Source of the DNA: Octopus vulgaris
Taxonomy: Eukaryota
NCBI GenBank assembly: GCA_951406725.2
Contig: OX597814.1
Location: 44,144,001 to 44,208,000, forward strand
Length of the DNA: 64,000 nt
Reading direction: 5' to 3'
In this document: one piece after another, positions 1-13,400 of the stretch
Numbering within the stretch: the first letter of the stretch is position 1
Layout of the letters: each line of letters starts with the position of its first letter
Program-made: the position numbers and the translations under genes
The notes under the pieces: generated by a model
Databases searched by the model: none
What the model saw: only the letters and a program-made list of their open reading frames with translations
What the model was told of the DNA's origin: nothing

Positions 1-483
1 AATTACTGAGTCGACATAGATTTTTTCTATATTACCTCAGATTCTGGATCAAATCACCTTTAATCTTGTAGTTCACACAACCCAACAAAAGAGGCGAATG
101 ATGTTAAGTGTACAACGCATTATCAGTGTTTTGATCATTACCTTAGATTTCATATAAGAAGCAGAAAATATTTTGGGTGAGATGTGCAAGTAGATTTTAG
201 CATGTGTTGAACATTATGTTGAGTTTTGTTGTAAATATATCCCGCGTAAGCACTTGAAATGTGCCTTCTGCAATTAGGTAACATTTGTATTTCGTAAATC
301 AATAGCGGTAACGCAATTTCCAAGTTTTCACCAAGCTACATTGTATAAGAATGTATAGAATATATTCATGTGTGCATGCATTCTCCCTAAAAAAGGAATT
401 GTGTTACCTGGTCTCCATTTTCTGTTTTCGGGGTTCTGGTTCCCATGTAAGCGTGAGGATGGTTCATGTCTTGTATACGAATT

Positions 484-660
484 CCGTTGGTTGGTGTGTT
501 TACGTCACCGTCACTTATAGGTTCAGCAAAATGTGACCGATAGAAGAAGTACTAGGCTTACAACGAATAAGTCCTTAGGTCGATTTATTCGACTAAAGTC
601 GGTGCTCCAGCATGGCCGCAGTCATATGACTGAAACAAGTAAAAGAAGAAAAGAATAAAG
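484..660 (+). mobile_element. SINE-A, 3' part
   Basis: Matches the 3' half of the full copies at 17763-18169 and 34473-34877 (GGTGTGTTTACGTC...GGTGCTCCAGCATGGCCGCAGTC-A-ATGACTGAAACAAGTAAAAGA tail). Confidence 0.85.
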
Positions 661-750
661 AATATCTCTAATATTTTATGCAAGGAGATGAAGTAAGCAG
701 GAATCTTTATTTACTTTTGAGAAGCCTGTTTGCATATATGGGCAGGTACA

Positions 751-805
<55 letters not shown>

Positions 806-2778
806 GCACACATATATATATTTGTATATATATATATATATAGTTATGGATGTGTATGAATCTACGTGTGCATGTTTAGACATATGCATTTATTATGAAA
901 GCAATAATAATATCGGAACTTATACCTACATTTAATGTACATCATACACACGTCGCAATTGTAAATCTGATAACACAGAATACTAACGGTCTCATAGTGT
1001 AGTTCTGACGGTGAAACTCTATATAAATATAAGGCGCCCATTATAAAAGGATGTAGTACGAAGATGAAATAACCCTCACGTTCTGATAATGAAGAAGGGA
1101 TGCTAGGAAATTTGGCGAAATAAGAAAAGTAGGGTGCATTAGCTTTGCGAACAGATAGTGAATGGATTGGATTGCCAGGCATGTCTGAGTAAAGCGTAAT
1201 AAAGAAGATCATACGCCTGATATGATGAAAGCTAGTGAAAGATGCCACTAAGAGGATTTCGAAACTGTCTTCAAATAAAGATATTTTCAACGCTGCACTC
1301 CCCTATTCACAACGTGGCGTTGGCAACTAGCTGGTTTATGAACCGCATATTTTTACGCCGATACCCACGAAGAAAGCCCCACGGTAAGACCATTTGATTT
1401 GGTCCGCCCTTCTCATGCAATGTCCAAACCTGCGTGTGAAGGATCTTCTTTAGTTTACTGACTAAGCATTTCATTAAATCGCATAGGTATGGATGATTAT
1501 TTAATAGACACAACTGAAGGGTTTCATCCAGCTCTGCACCTACAGTAAAGAAAGATTTTAATGAAAGGTCCTTAACTTTGTACAGAGGTATGATGTTCAT
1601 ATAGGGTTAACAGTGCATTCCCAGTAGATTGTCGACGTAAATCAGACGCTGTAGTATACGAGGTATAGCTCGTGCTCGTTATCAACAGCGGCAACCGTGG
1701 TGGCAATAACAACAGCAACAGCAGCATCATCAACGTAAGTACAAAGACACGAAAATAAGTTTGTAAACGATGGATCTCTTTAAGAGATTAAGTAACCAGA
1801 GGTGCACGTTTAAGATCCTAGAGAGGCGCAACATTACGTGTTTTGCCAACTACATATGGTGTTTGAAGGAAGAGTGAATGTACCATAGAGGATTAAGTGG
1901 AGGCTCCTTGATCTGAAGACCTTAAGTTCCAAAAAAGAAGTTTTTAGGTAGTGCCCATTTGCCAGGAAATTTGCGTTAGAAACATGAAATTCTCCGCTTG
2001 ATGACTAGTCAAAGAGAATTGTTCAAGACCTGATCCTTTTCCGATACAACTGGAACCCTTCATACGGAGTTAACTCCATCTCACACAGATAACATCCTCT
2101 CGCCCAGAAAGAATTCTGGTAACGGAAAATTATATTCCAGGCATATTTTCCCAACATTGTTAACCAAGACTCCATACTAACTTCCTTTACTAGAAAGGCC
2201 AGCAAGTCTTATGGGTTACCTACGTTGGTAAGAGAAATAATAAGCGTGAAACCAATGATTTTGTTCTGACTGAGCATAACAATAAATGTATATATACATT
2301 GTTATGTGCCGTTATTATTTTTATTGTATTTGTGTAACTTTGTCCGTTTTTTTTTCCATCCTTGTTTTCGTATACGTTCGCTGCTTTCTTCCAAGGAATC
2401 TAATGCTCTTGAATGTATGTATGTATATATAGCAGCGTACGTACAATTTGGTCTCATATATGTAAGTATGCATTTTTATAAATCTTGTAAGATTCTATTT
2501 CTGTCTATCAGCTCTTTCACGCTTATTCGTTCTACGTTCGTTCGTTCCCCCTCACACACACTTCTCTGCCTTCTCTTCTTGCTCGCTTTCCTTCCACTTT
2601 TCACTTTACTGTATCCTTCTCATTTTTTCTCGCGCCTCCTTAATTCTTCTGTTCCTCTGCTTCTACTTCTCTCTGTTCTCTTTTCACGTGACCGGCATTC
2701 GGCCAAGACTTTATTGGTCTGGTTGTTTCAACATCGATATTCCTACCTGTGTTTGTGAAATCTTGTATCCCTGCCGTG

Positions 2779-2881
<103 letters not shown>

Positions 2882-2987
2882 ATCTATGCGCGCGGCTATT
2901 GGCAACACTGCTGTGTTTGTTTTGCATGCACCTTTCCCTGCGCATGCCTCTCTTCCACGCTCAGTCTCGACACGGTAGTCGTATCTG

Positions 2988-3362
2988 ATGGAGCTCCCGA
3001 TTGACAGTAACTCAAAGTGTGAAATTAGCGCAGTTATTCGTTTTATTTACGCAAAATCGCATTAAAAAGAATGAAATTCATTACCAATTATCGGAAGCGT
3101 GTGGAGAGTCATGCATGGGTGCCAAAAACATCCGCAAGTCGTGTAGGATATTTGCAGCTGGTTGTACTGAAATTCATGACCAAGACAGAAGCGGGCGAAC
3201 ATCAATTTCCGAGGAGACAGTCGCGAAGTTTGGGAAATCCTGCGCGCAAATGGACGAATCACCTTTGATGATCTCCGCATTTTGGTTCCTGAAGTTTCAG
3301 AAAGCACCATTCGTCATGTTCGCTTTCTATGTTGGCTGGGTGACACGGTATAATGTCTGAAA
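2988..3362 (+). mobile_element. mariner transposase relic, N-terminal HTH region
   Basis: Frameshifted translation MELPIDSNSKCEISAVIRF..EIHYQLSEACGESCM..DQDRSGRTS..GWV resembles the mariner N-terminus (RSGRP, WVP motifs). Confidence 0.8.
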
Positions 3363-3364
3363 AA

Positions 3365-4115
3365 GCAATGCTTTGTTCGAAATATTGGCGGAAACGCTAC
3401 CTTTCTTCTGCAGGATACCCTTTGGAAAGGCCTTTAGTCATTCGCGATGCATCCGAGGTAGATTAAACTTTATATAACCACTGAAAGCGTTTAGATCTTC
3501 GGAATGATACACAGCGGCGTTCACCCCCCCACCCCCCAAACAAGTGACAGACGATTTTTGGAAGCTTTAAATCCTGGTGGTGATTCGAGAAATAAACGTT
3601 CTGCTAGACATACGCTTCCATAAAAGAACAGTCTCTTCAACATCGTATATTTTCTCTGGTGTGTCCCCTTCAGCAATCATTTTCCTCAGTTGTCCAGAAT
3701 AATTATTAGCAGCCTTTATATCAGCGCTCACAGTTTTACCAGTCGTTTTTATGCTGTGGAAATTCGTGCATTTGCTCTGTTTTAAAAGTATTGTCGTGTT
3801 TTTCGGTACATTACGCCGATTCTGAACATTGATTCATTTACCAAGGAGTTGTATTTAAAGCATTAGATTAGATCTATGGAAAAATAAAGTCCGTGCGGTT
3901 AACGGCGTAGCTGCTTGAGAAATTGACATAATTTTCTCTCTGTTGTTACATATTGTTTCCGTTGCAGACGTTGTAAGACGTTTTGACTATACAACTTAGT
4001 TTTTCTTCCACGTATTGTCTTTTACAAACATTAAGTTTAATACTCACTGTAATCTCTTTATGGTTCCTTTCCGCACTACTAGCTTCAGGTCTATTTGATA
4101 GCTTCTTTCCAGATA
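3365..4115 (-). mobile_element. Tigger/pogo-type transposase relic
   Basis: Minus-strand pieces: SSAERNHKEITVSIKLNV (psq HTH-like), HSIKTTGKTVSADIKAANNYSGQLRKMIAEG..KIYDVEETVLLWKRMSSRTFIS, PGFKASKNRL, YHSED; colinear with Tigger1 transposase motifs (NVDETAFYWKKMPSRTFI, PGFKASKDRL). Confidence 0.85.
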
Positions 4116-4789
4116 TCATAAAGTGAAGGCAAATCCAACGGCAGCTGCAATTAATTACCCACAACAAATATGTAGTAAAAAACAATTGGCATAGAAAAGA
4201 TCTGATTTGAGAGAAGGGAAAAGTTTTTTATTCTTAACTAATGCAATAAGGAAAATAAGATGAAAAGATGAAGAACTGAGGGATAGGAGGTACTATATGA
4301 TTATTGTAATCTGACGGTGCAATAGATTTTATAAGCAATTTGTCCTTCCACGTCTGAGTTAAGATACGAATACGCGTACGCTCTAATAGACTAACACTTA
4401 TACACACACACACCCACCTACACATACAGATACAAAATTTCATGTACACATGTATTGGGGTTAATGCTGATATCCGGTGTAGACAGTCGGATTCGAAATT
4501 TGGTGGGTTGGTGGTCGTGATAACCTGGGTTGCATTGGCTTAGACGGAAATGATGATCCCCGACTATTGTTGGTGTTCTGGTGGCTATATTGTTCTTGCT
4601 AACTGTATTCTTGTAGCTGTTAAGTTTCAAGTGAATCTTCATAGAGCTAAGATCAAAGACTTTTTATTCAACTTTCAACATACACTAGGACACAACATCT
4701 TATATTTTTATTTGAAACGGATTTCCTTATCTACTTCATACTACTGTTCTTGGTGGTGGTTGCGTTCGCGTTGATGACAGAAGCATACA

Positions 4790-4966
4790 AGTGCGTTCAT
4801 ACATATATACATACGTACATACATACATGCATGCATACATACATACAGAAGTACAGACATGTATATATCCATACATCCATACATAGATACATACATACGT
4901 ACATACATCCACACATACTTACATACACACATTCATACATAAATGCATGCATACATATAAAATCAG

Positions 4967-5049
<83 letters not shown>

Positions 5050-5050
5050 T
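4790..5050. repeat. (TACA)n plus (GATA)n compound microsatellite
   Basis: Direct reading. Confidence 0.95.
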
Positions 5051-5273
5051 ACTCACATTATGTGCGTTATGTATACATGTGTGTATGTGTCTATATGCGT
5101 GTGCATGTATGTGAGTAAGTTGGTGATAGTTTTTCAAATCGTCTGTATACTCCGAGATTAACTAAAACACAAATGGCCATTCAGCTACGAAAATCTTTAA
5201 TTTACAATTAATTAATATCAGTTTCTGTAAGAGCAAAATTACAGACCTAAAATTAATGTTTAGAACTTGCAAA

Positions 5274-6127
5274 TGACGTTTTATCAAAAGGTTCTAAGAC
5301 TAATAATATTTAATTTTAAAAATTATTTAACTAAGCTTTAACGCCATATTCTTCGAAATACACACCTGACGCAGCAACACACCTGTCCCAGCGTTCTTGT
5401 CACGTTTGGAATCTGGCCTGGAAGTCGTTTTCGATAAGCGAGTCGAGGACCTTCTTCGTTACAGTCTTGATCTCGACAACAGTAGTAAGATAGCGTCCTT
5501 TGAGATGCATTTTCATCTTTGGGGAGAGACGAAAGTGTGCAAGTGCTAAATCTTGCGAATAGGGTGAGTATGGAAGAGAGACCATGTTGCTTTTGGCGAG
5601 AAACTCACGAGTGAGGAGAGCTCGGTCACAGGGTGCAATGTCGTCGTAAAGAATCCAGATGCTAGGATTGCCTGCACAGACCTATACAATAGACCAACAT
5701 CAGCAACGTTGTTGATTGTGTTCCGACGATCAACTTCAACAAGCTGATAACTTTTCTCCACATTTCTAGGGGTGACGCTGGTGGCAGGTCTTCCAGATCG
5801 CTCATCCTTTTTCAGGGACTTTCTTCCGCATTTGAAGTGCGTGTGCTATTCGAAATATTGCTTACGAGCCATTGCCTCATCGCCGTAAGCTTGCCGACTT
5901 CTCAAGTTTAAAGCAAAATATCATGTTGGATCTTTGTTCCTGCCCATGACAAATTCACAGACTACAACATACACGTGATTACAAAATTGCGAAGCAGACA
6001 TAGCGATGTCACTCAGCACACTGCCTCGTGAAGATTATTGCTATCCCTCACTGCGCACGCAACCATGTGCTGCCACCAGTTGGCGCGCTACAGAACTAGT
6101 CCGGGAACATTTTCATACTACCTCGTA
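5274..6127 (-). mobile_element. internally deleted mariner element with degenerate TIRs
   Basis: PYSPYSQDLALAHFRLSPKMKMHLKGR (YSPDLAP-D motif) and DERSGRPATS; right end reads TACGAGGTAGTATGAAAATGTTCCCGGACTA on minus, with a similar degenerate sequence at ~5274-5301; central catalytic region missing. Confidence 0.85.
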
Positions 6128-6798
6128 TATATACAGACACACACGCGGGGTATGTGTGCACGTGTGTATGTGTGTTAGTTCTTGTGTGTACGTGTGTGTG
6201 TATGTGTATATGTGAGTCTACATGCCTTTTTCCCTCTGCTTCTGCCATATGCTTTCTACATTCACCTATAACATTCTACGTCTTCTGGTGTATATCTGAA
6301 TACCTGCATACTTGCGTTAGCTGAGATATAAATGTCTTGAAGCATTGTGTACCTTGATCAATTTTGGGCATGCCCAAATATTCATAGACATCCACATGTA
6401 GTTTCTTTTGCTGACAAGTACCCAGTGTGCGTCTTCTATGGTAAATATCCACTTGTACACTCATGTGCGGCTATGTAAATGAATAATATATTTCAAGTAT
6501 ATTTTTCTATGTTTATGTACGTACGCTAATCGACATATTAATCACTGTACACCGATACTTGTATGTACATCTACGTCGAAAAATATATGTATATATATAG
6601 ATATATATATATTGCTGCGTATGCTTCTATCCTATCAGACTTATCTTCTGTGTGCCCATAAATTTCATCGCTAACAAACTGCCATCCTTTACACCACTCC
6701 TGACACGCACTTCTTATATTTCTTACGAATCATCACATGACAATTTGACTGCACCTAACATTTTCTTTAAATTGGTGATATCTACAACATTACTTTTC

Positions 6799-6804
<6 letters not shown>

Positions 6805-6890
<86 letters not shown>

Positions 6891-6920
6891 TGTATGTATG
6901 TATGTATGTATGTACGTATG
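6805..6920. repeat. (TA)n-(TATG)n microsatellite
   Basis: Direct reading; one of many similar tracts (e.g. 757-842, 7190-7480, 7980-8140, 28540-28700, 29430-29680, 35280-35660, 52750-52920, 61580-61730). Confidence 0.95.
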
Positions 6921-7366
6921 TAGGTATATATATGAAAATTACATAAACTCATAGTCATAAATATCGAAAAATATATGTTTATATACACATATATACACTT
7001 ACCCGCCCGCATACATACACACGGAGAGAAACAGAGAGAGAGAGAGAGAGAGAAAGAGAGATATTCATGCATGTTTACTACCAATTTTTCTTTTGTAATG
7101 AATGTATGAACACATATATTATATCAAAATTATATGCGTATGAATTCATGCAATATATCTCAAAAAGTCTTTAAAAATTATACCTACCAATATACATATA
7201 TATACATACATATATATATATATATATACATATATATATACATATATATATACATATATATATACATATATATATATACGTGTATATGTGAGTGTGTGTG
7301 AGTGTGTGTGTATGTTTGTGTGTGTGCGTGTGCTTGTGCGTGTGTGTGCGTGTGTGTCTACTGATA

Positions 7367-7402
<36 letters not shown>

Positions 7403-7979
7403 CATACAAGCACACCCATACCCATACGCCCATACACACACAAGCATACTCTCTCTCTCTCTCACACACACATACACACACACATGGACCGCACTTTTCG
7501 AAGAATTAGAACTGCCCGAAGGTATGAATGATTTTGTAATTTCGTGCGATCCAAGGAGGTTGTCGTAAATAACCCAAAGGCGCTAATTAATTTGGCTTCT
7601 TACTGATAAAAAGACATTCTTGAGACGATAGAAACGTGCCAGGTAACAGACAATGTTCCCACGAGGCTGTGCTGAACATTAGGAAGCAATGAGGAAGAGT
7701 AAAGTAGAACCGCATATCTAATATCTATATGATCGATTTCCTGCCAACCTTTGATCTCTGTCCTCAGGCCTATGTCAAGTATGCAATAGAACCAGAATAT
7801 AGTGTGGTTTATATAGCGTGTGCGCATTATACCTTATCTTCTGTAGTGTTCAGGTAATAACAGAATACCTACTTTTTCTTTATTTCTTCTACAAAATATC
7901 GTTTATGATTTCATATAAATATGTGTGCGTGTGCGAATGTGTGTGTATGAGTGGGTGCACCTGCACGTGTATATACACA

Positions 7980-8013
<34 letters not shown>

Positions 8014-8428
8014 TATTCATACATACATGAATACATACATATATAAATATTTATATATATATATATATATATATATACGTGTGTGTGTGTGTGTATATAT
8101 GTATATATATATATATATATATATACGTATGTATATATACACGCGTGTGTGCTCACCCACCCACCCACACACACCTGTACACATGTTTGTATGTATCTAT
8201 GTATGTATGTGGAATGTGAATATTTTGGCAACAATTAAAATCCTTAACGATTGGTAATATCCAAAGCACAATTGCTATATATTGCTTCTTCTTGTAAAAA
8301 ATGTCACCTGTTTCGGGTCATTAGAGCTAAAATTTAAACACTTGCTTATCCTTCTCAACGATGCTAGAATTTGAATACACTGAGATTTTCACACTCAAAC
8401 GTATTATCGAGGTCAGCACTTTAGTGTT

Positions 8429-8634
8429 TACGAGAGAGTGCTGAAAAGTTCCTGGCTTTAAGGTATCACGAAAGGCTTGGTGGGAGACCCAAACCTCCGA
8501 ATGGGACTAAAAAAACTGAAGGGCCGCGACAATAAGTGTGTGAATCTGAGAGGAGAATATGTTGAAAAAAATCATAATCAACTGACCCTCCTGTATTTTG
8601 TTTTACTCAAAGGCACCCCTCAGCACCCCTCTTA
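8429..8634 (+). mobile_element. mariner-derived MITE (~205 bp)
   Basis: TA-flanked TIRs TACGAGAGAGTGCTGAAAAG...TCAGCACCCCTCTTA; interior encodes the mariner C-terminus GLKKLKGRDNKCVNLRGEYVEK. Confidence 0.85.
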
Positions 8635-9574
8635 ATTGAGATAAATAGAGAAGAATGTAGCCTGGTTCATTTTGTTTTGCTTTTGACTGTATGCTATATG
8701 AGAATCTGAACTCAGTTGTCGAGGCTTATAAAATGTTAAGGAAGTATATATTACTGTAGCAGCATTTGCGTTGAGACACAGTTTAATTTTCCCATTTAAT
8801 TTCTATGTTATTCCGGGTATAATTAGCTGTAGCAATAATATCAATTTCTATATTTCTATAAAATATGATTTTGCTTGACTTGAGGCAAAATTAATTTTTT
8901 TAAAAATGGTATGTAGATAAATTAAATACGTAAATTACTGAAATGTTACTTATTATAGCTAATATATCGACTTCGTAATATTGCTAGTTATTACTTAACA
9001 GATTATATGTAGACGAAATTCCCTGTTGCCTCAGTCCGAAATCATAATGTTTAAAGACAAAATTAATATTATAAAACATTAATCACTACTCTCCTTCTGC
9101 TGATCATTTTCCATCGATACGAACTTTTACATTGACACTAGAAAAATAATTTCTACACTGTACAGACAAAAATATAGCTACATATAAGAGTATTAAAGAT
9201 GATAGATAAACGGAAGTCTTATTGTCAGAGATTAGAACACAATCGTTTCGATGTGAATATACAAGAGAATATGTAGGTTTTGCCTAAGTAAACTACCATT
9301 TGACATAGCACAATAACGAAATTGACAGTGATGCTACACAAAACTTTCATAATATTTAATACACTATTAGAAGCTACAAGAAGTAAAATGTACGATATAA
9401 TAATCTACACCTACCCACTTAAATTCACATTCCAAATTAAAGGCTTCAACTTCGATAATTTGTGAACAAGACACCTGTTAATAGCTTAGATACATTTCTA
9501 CCAAAGACTGGGTCAGACTACGTCTAACGTAACAACACAACATGATCGGATCTGTTCAGCCACTTTTGAGTCAA

Positions 9575-12190
9575 GTTTTGAGGTATCATGGCCCATTCAA
9601 ATAGGGGGTTGCTGAATGAGATGTATCCTAGTATGAGTGCTTTATCTGGTATTTCTTGAGGATGACTTAATTTTCTTTGATTTGTTTTGGGATAATGTTA
9701 AATAGAGCAGGGCCTGTCGAGGAAAAGTCATTGTGTTTCAGTGAATTCATGTTGTGAACATGAATTGTTTAGGGGATGTTTGACATGTGGCTCCAGCTTT
9801 TGATGAATTCTGAGTCTGAAGTTAAGCTTGTTTGGGCAATGCTTGTGGTATATTCTCCACATTGTTGCAACTGGTGTAGTGCTCGCTGTATTGCCGGAGA
9901 GGATAGAGAGTCAATATTTTAAGGCAGTCCCAATAATCAAGATCAATCACCTTTTAATTTTTTAGTGAATGATATCTTGGGAGAATCAATTCTCGTAATA
10001 TTTTCTTTGATGTGGCGAAAATATAGATGACAGGATTATTCTAGATTTGGTCGTACAAAGGAGGAAAAGAGGAGAATAACATTTCGCTCTCTGGACCTGA
10101 AAGTTCTGATGGTCAAAGTGCTTATCTTGCGAACCATATCGACTTCATTGTTGATGTGGACACTCCATCTGAGATTGTTGTCAACAATCACACCCGCGTT
10201 CCTGATATTACTGGATGCTGTGAGAAATTTCCCTGAAGGAAATGAATATGGTTCTTTGAATGTACTTCGTTTGTCCAAGTTCATAGATTCAAATTGTCCC
10301 TCATTTAACCGCATGTTTCTCGGCCCATTCGCTTACAGCTTGTAGAATAGACTAGAGTTCATTTCGGTCTTCTCCATTAACGATTTTGTGAACCGTGGAG
10401 CCATCTGCGAATATTCTTATTTTACTGTCTTTGATTACGCTCGAGATGTCGTTTATAAAGAGAAGCGGGTCCAAACAGTCCGCTGGGGACATCGCCAGTG
10501 ACATTTGCTCGGCGTGAATGGATTCCACCAATCGTAATACGTTATGGTCTGTTCACAAGGAAATATTTAACCCAGCGCAGCAGTTTACCACGGATTCCAA
10601 AATTTGACAATTCTCACAGGAAGATTTTGTGAAGATTTTGTCGAACGTGTTGCTGAAGTAAAGATATGTCATAAGATTTGGAAACTGAACTCAAGGCTTC
10701 CAGGATATCATTGATGTGATGTAAAAGCTGTGTGAGGCTGGCCCTACCGTAGGGGAATCCATTCAGGCTGGAATTTAGTAGTTTTTGGCTCTCTAGGAGG
10801 CTATTTATCCTTAACATCACCATCCTTTCAAACAATTTGATGATATAGAATGTGAGTGAGATTGGGCTATGGTTAATTGCAAAAGACTTGTTTCCTTTTT
10901 GGCAAGCAAGGATGACAGATTGCGATAAACACTCTTTCGGTATACAGCCTGCGTCTAAAGAATTTATCAGGAGATTGGGTAGAGGGGTTGCAAGTTGGTG
11001 TCCGCATTCCTTAAGGACACAAGCGGGGTATTTATCAGAGCCTATTGCAGAATAATACTTGATTTCGTATATTATTGCTATGCTGTCCGAGGCAGTAAAA
11101 GTTATGTTCGAGATAGAATGTTGAGTATTGAATTATTTCATATCCCTTGCGTTTATATCAGTGAGATCAGTAATGACAGGACAGTGTTGTTTCTGCACCA
11201 TTTCTGCCATTTATATAGCATCATCGTGCGGAATGGTGCTATTATGTGCCAGTGGACTAAAGGTTAAGACAGCGGTCCTATACCTGTTGGTATATAAATA
11301 GAAAACTTTTCGGTTCTTTTTTAATTGTTTTGATAACCCAGTTGTCTTCGACAGGTCTTTGAGAGTCAATGGAAGTTTTCATCCTTTCTCTGCAGCTGAT
11401 GTTTGTCCAACTTTTATTACTGATAAATGTGTATATTGTTGGTGGTAATAGTTTAATTGATTGATTTTTATTATTTAGTCAGTTGATTTTCCTGATGAGT
11501 GTTTTCCTCTCTCTTCGGTGGCTATTTCTATTAGTAGTTATGAATTTCGTAGGATTGTATTTTGAATATGCAATAAGTAACAACGTACTCAAATCGCTGT
11601 CATGCTATTTTAATATGAGGGAAACTGTGAGTGGAGGGAGCAGTCGGTAAGTGACAGATCTTTTTTAATTGCTCATCAGTCTGTTTCGTGAAGATTGATG
11701 TTGTCGAACAAGTGTAATGGAGCGAGAGTGACTGGATTGGATTTGGCATCCCGGAAACTAAGGTTGTAGAGTACCACGTTTCTTGCCAGAGGGAAGAAAT
11801 ATTGCAACTGAAATTCATCCATGAAATTAAATAGCAATTTTGTTGCTGCTTTGTCTGGTGTAGTGCAATTATTAGCGTTAGAGTATTTGTAAACCAGTTC
11901 ACATAAAGGAGGTTAAACTCGCTTACTGTCACTATGTTCCTGGAGTTATACTTTTGAAGAAAGGATTTGATTCTTTTTTAGGCACTCTTATAAGCATTGT
12001 AGAGGAGCTTGAGTGGGGCTGTAGAGACTGACAATGGTTAAGTCATTTACTTTATTGAATAGTGATATAGATTCATTATAGCCATTGGTATATATGTCCC
12101 AGCCATGACACTAGATAATCGATGCCTTGTGATCAAACTATCTTCTAATATTTCAGTAAGCTGAAATTCTGTAGATAAAAATCTCTACAG
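9575..12190 (-). mobile_element. CR1/L2-group LINE ORF2 relic (APE + RT), degraded
   Basis: FERMVMLRINSLLESQKLLNSSLNGF..GRASLTQLL (RT N-part), NAGVIVDNNLRWSVHIN..IRTFRSR..SFVRPNLE (thumb), GPALFNIIPKQIK..EIPDK (C-end), endonuclease-like remnants at 11600-12190; many stops and frameshifts. Confidence 0.85.
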
Positions 12191-12329
12191 GAATATATGG
12201 TGCAAGAATATATTTTGCAGAAGAAAGACAAAGACAAAAAAAAGAAAAAGGGAGAAAGAAAAGAAAGAAAAAACATCAATGCAGCACCAAGAGCTTCTAT
12301 TGGTCACTCACTACAAGGTTCAATGGAGC

Positions 12330-13400
12330 CTACAAAAGCAAAGTTGCATGTTCGCGGCATTATTACAAGAGATAGCGAAACTAAGGCGTTGGAAAAGCCA
12401 AGTACTCTCACGGGCATCACTTGACACCTTGGTAACGTAGGCTTTCAATGAGGAGAACTTCGCCGTTAGTGGCCCAGTCCTACCAAATGTCTCAAACGCC
12501 ACGAGTTGGAAGAGATAGTTCACTGCCTGGTACTGATACTTCAGGGTTTTGTTCCTTTCGGCTACGGAAGCAGTGACCTTCCCCTTTACCGTAACATCCA
12601 GGATGTGAGAGGTAGCAAAAGATTCACAGACCGTGGCTTCCCAGATAAGTAACCTACCCAGGGACAGAAGGTAAAACTATCTAGTATCTTCCCATCACTT
12701 CTGGATAATCCCGCGGGTTACAGAAATGTGGGGGTATTAATCTGACTCAGGGCCCGTTTAATGATTAAATTTAGCTCGGTTTGACGAGTGAAGAGACCAG
12801 CGTTTAGGTAGCTAGGCAGATCGTGAAGACCTGTGGGATGGAGGGGCCTACCATAGCAATATTTCAATCCCCTGCAGACGTTTGCTACTTTAGTGCAATG
12901 GAAATGCGGAGCTCATCAAAACCGAGTAGACGACCTCTAATGTTGGCCACAGACAGCGCATCAATCCAGTACCCTAAGAATTTTGCAATAAAATAAATTA
13001 TGCGACACCTTGAAAATTGATCAGATTGATTAAGAGGAGAGTTGAAAGTGGCAACTGAACGTACATTGCCTCACTTATCTGATTCCGCATGTTCTCAATT
13101 ATAACATGAACTGATAAACCCAGCTCTCTACGCTGTAACAGAACTTCATCAATCACCCTTTAGGAATTAGTCCGTGTTGGAGAGGAGAGGATGTTACCTA
13201 CTAAAGAGGAGCAAGCATGGATGAAGGAAAGAAAACAGGGAGGAAATAGAGACGAGCATTTGTGCAAACCTAGACCCCAAAACCGTTTGGTCGCGGGACT
13301 CTGGGGAGAATCTGACATTCGAGTTTCCTGAAGATTAGATCGGGAAAGCAGTGGAGAGATGACGAGAATGTATGACATGGTCTAACGTTTCGTTCCCATC
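12330..13400 (-). mobile_element. CRE-clade non-LTR retrotransposon relic (C-terminal Zn knuckle + restriction-like endonuclease)
   Basis: RFWGLGLHKCSSLFPPCFLS, ELNLIIKRAL..GLSRSDGK, LLIWEATVCESFATSH, YLFQLVAFETFG, ESTWLFQRLSFAISCNNAA match CRE-type motifs (GGLG, RxDGKRPDG, WDAT, AVETLG, QRISIAIQRGNAA). Confidence 0.85.

Noticed and set aside
678-935. ORFs rich in YI, HT, CV, or poly-M/H/N/I/Y (also 2640-2988, 6652-8257, 29355-29869, 35300-35779, 46539-47616, 52609-52975)
   Set aside because: They are translations of di-, tri- and tetranucleotide microsatellites that happen to lack stops; no coding evidence.
950-2250. GC-balanced stretch with several short minus-strand ORFs, possible decayed retroelement
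   Set aside because: No motif I can assign with confidence; left unannotated pending a translated search.
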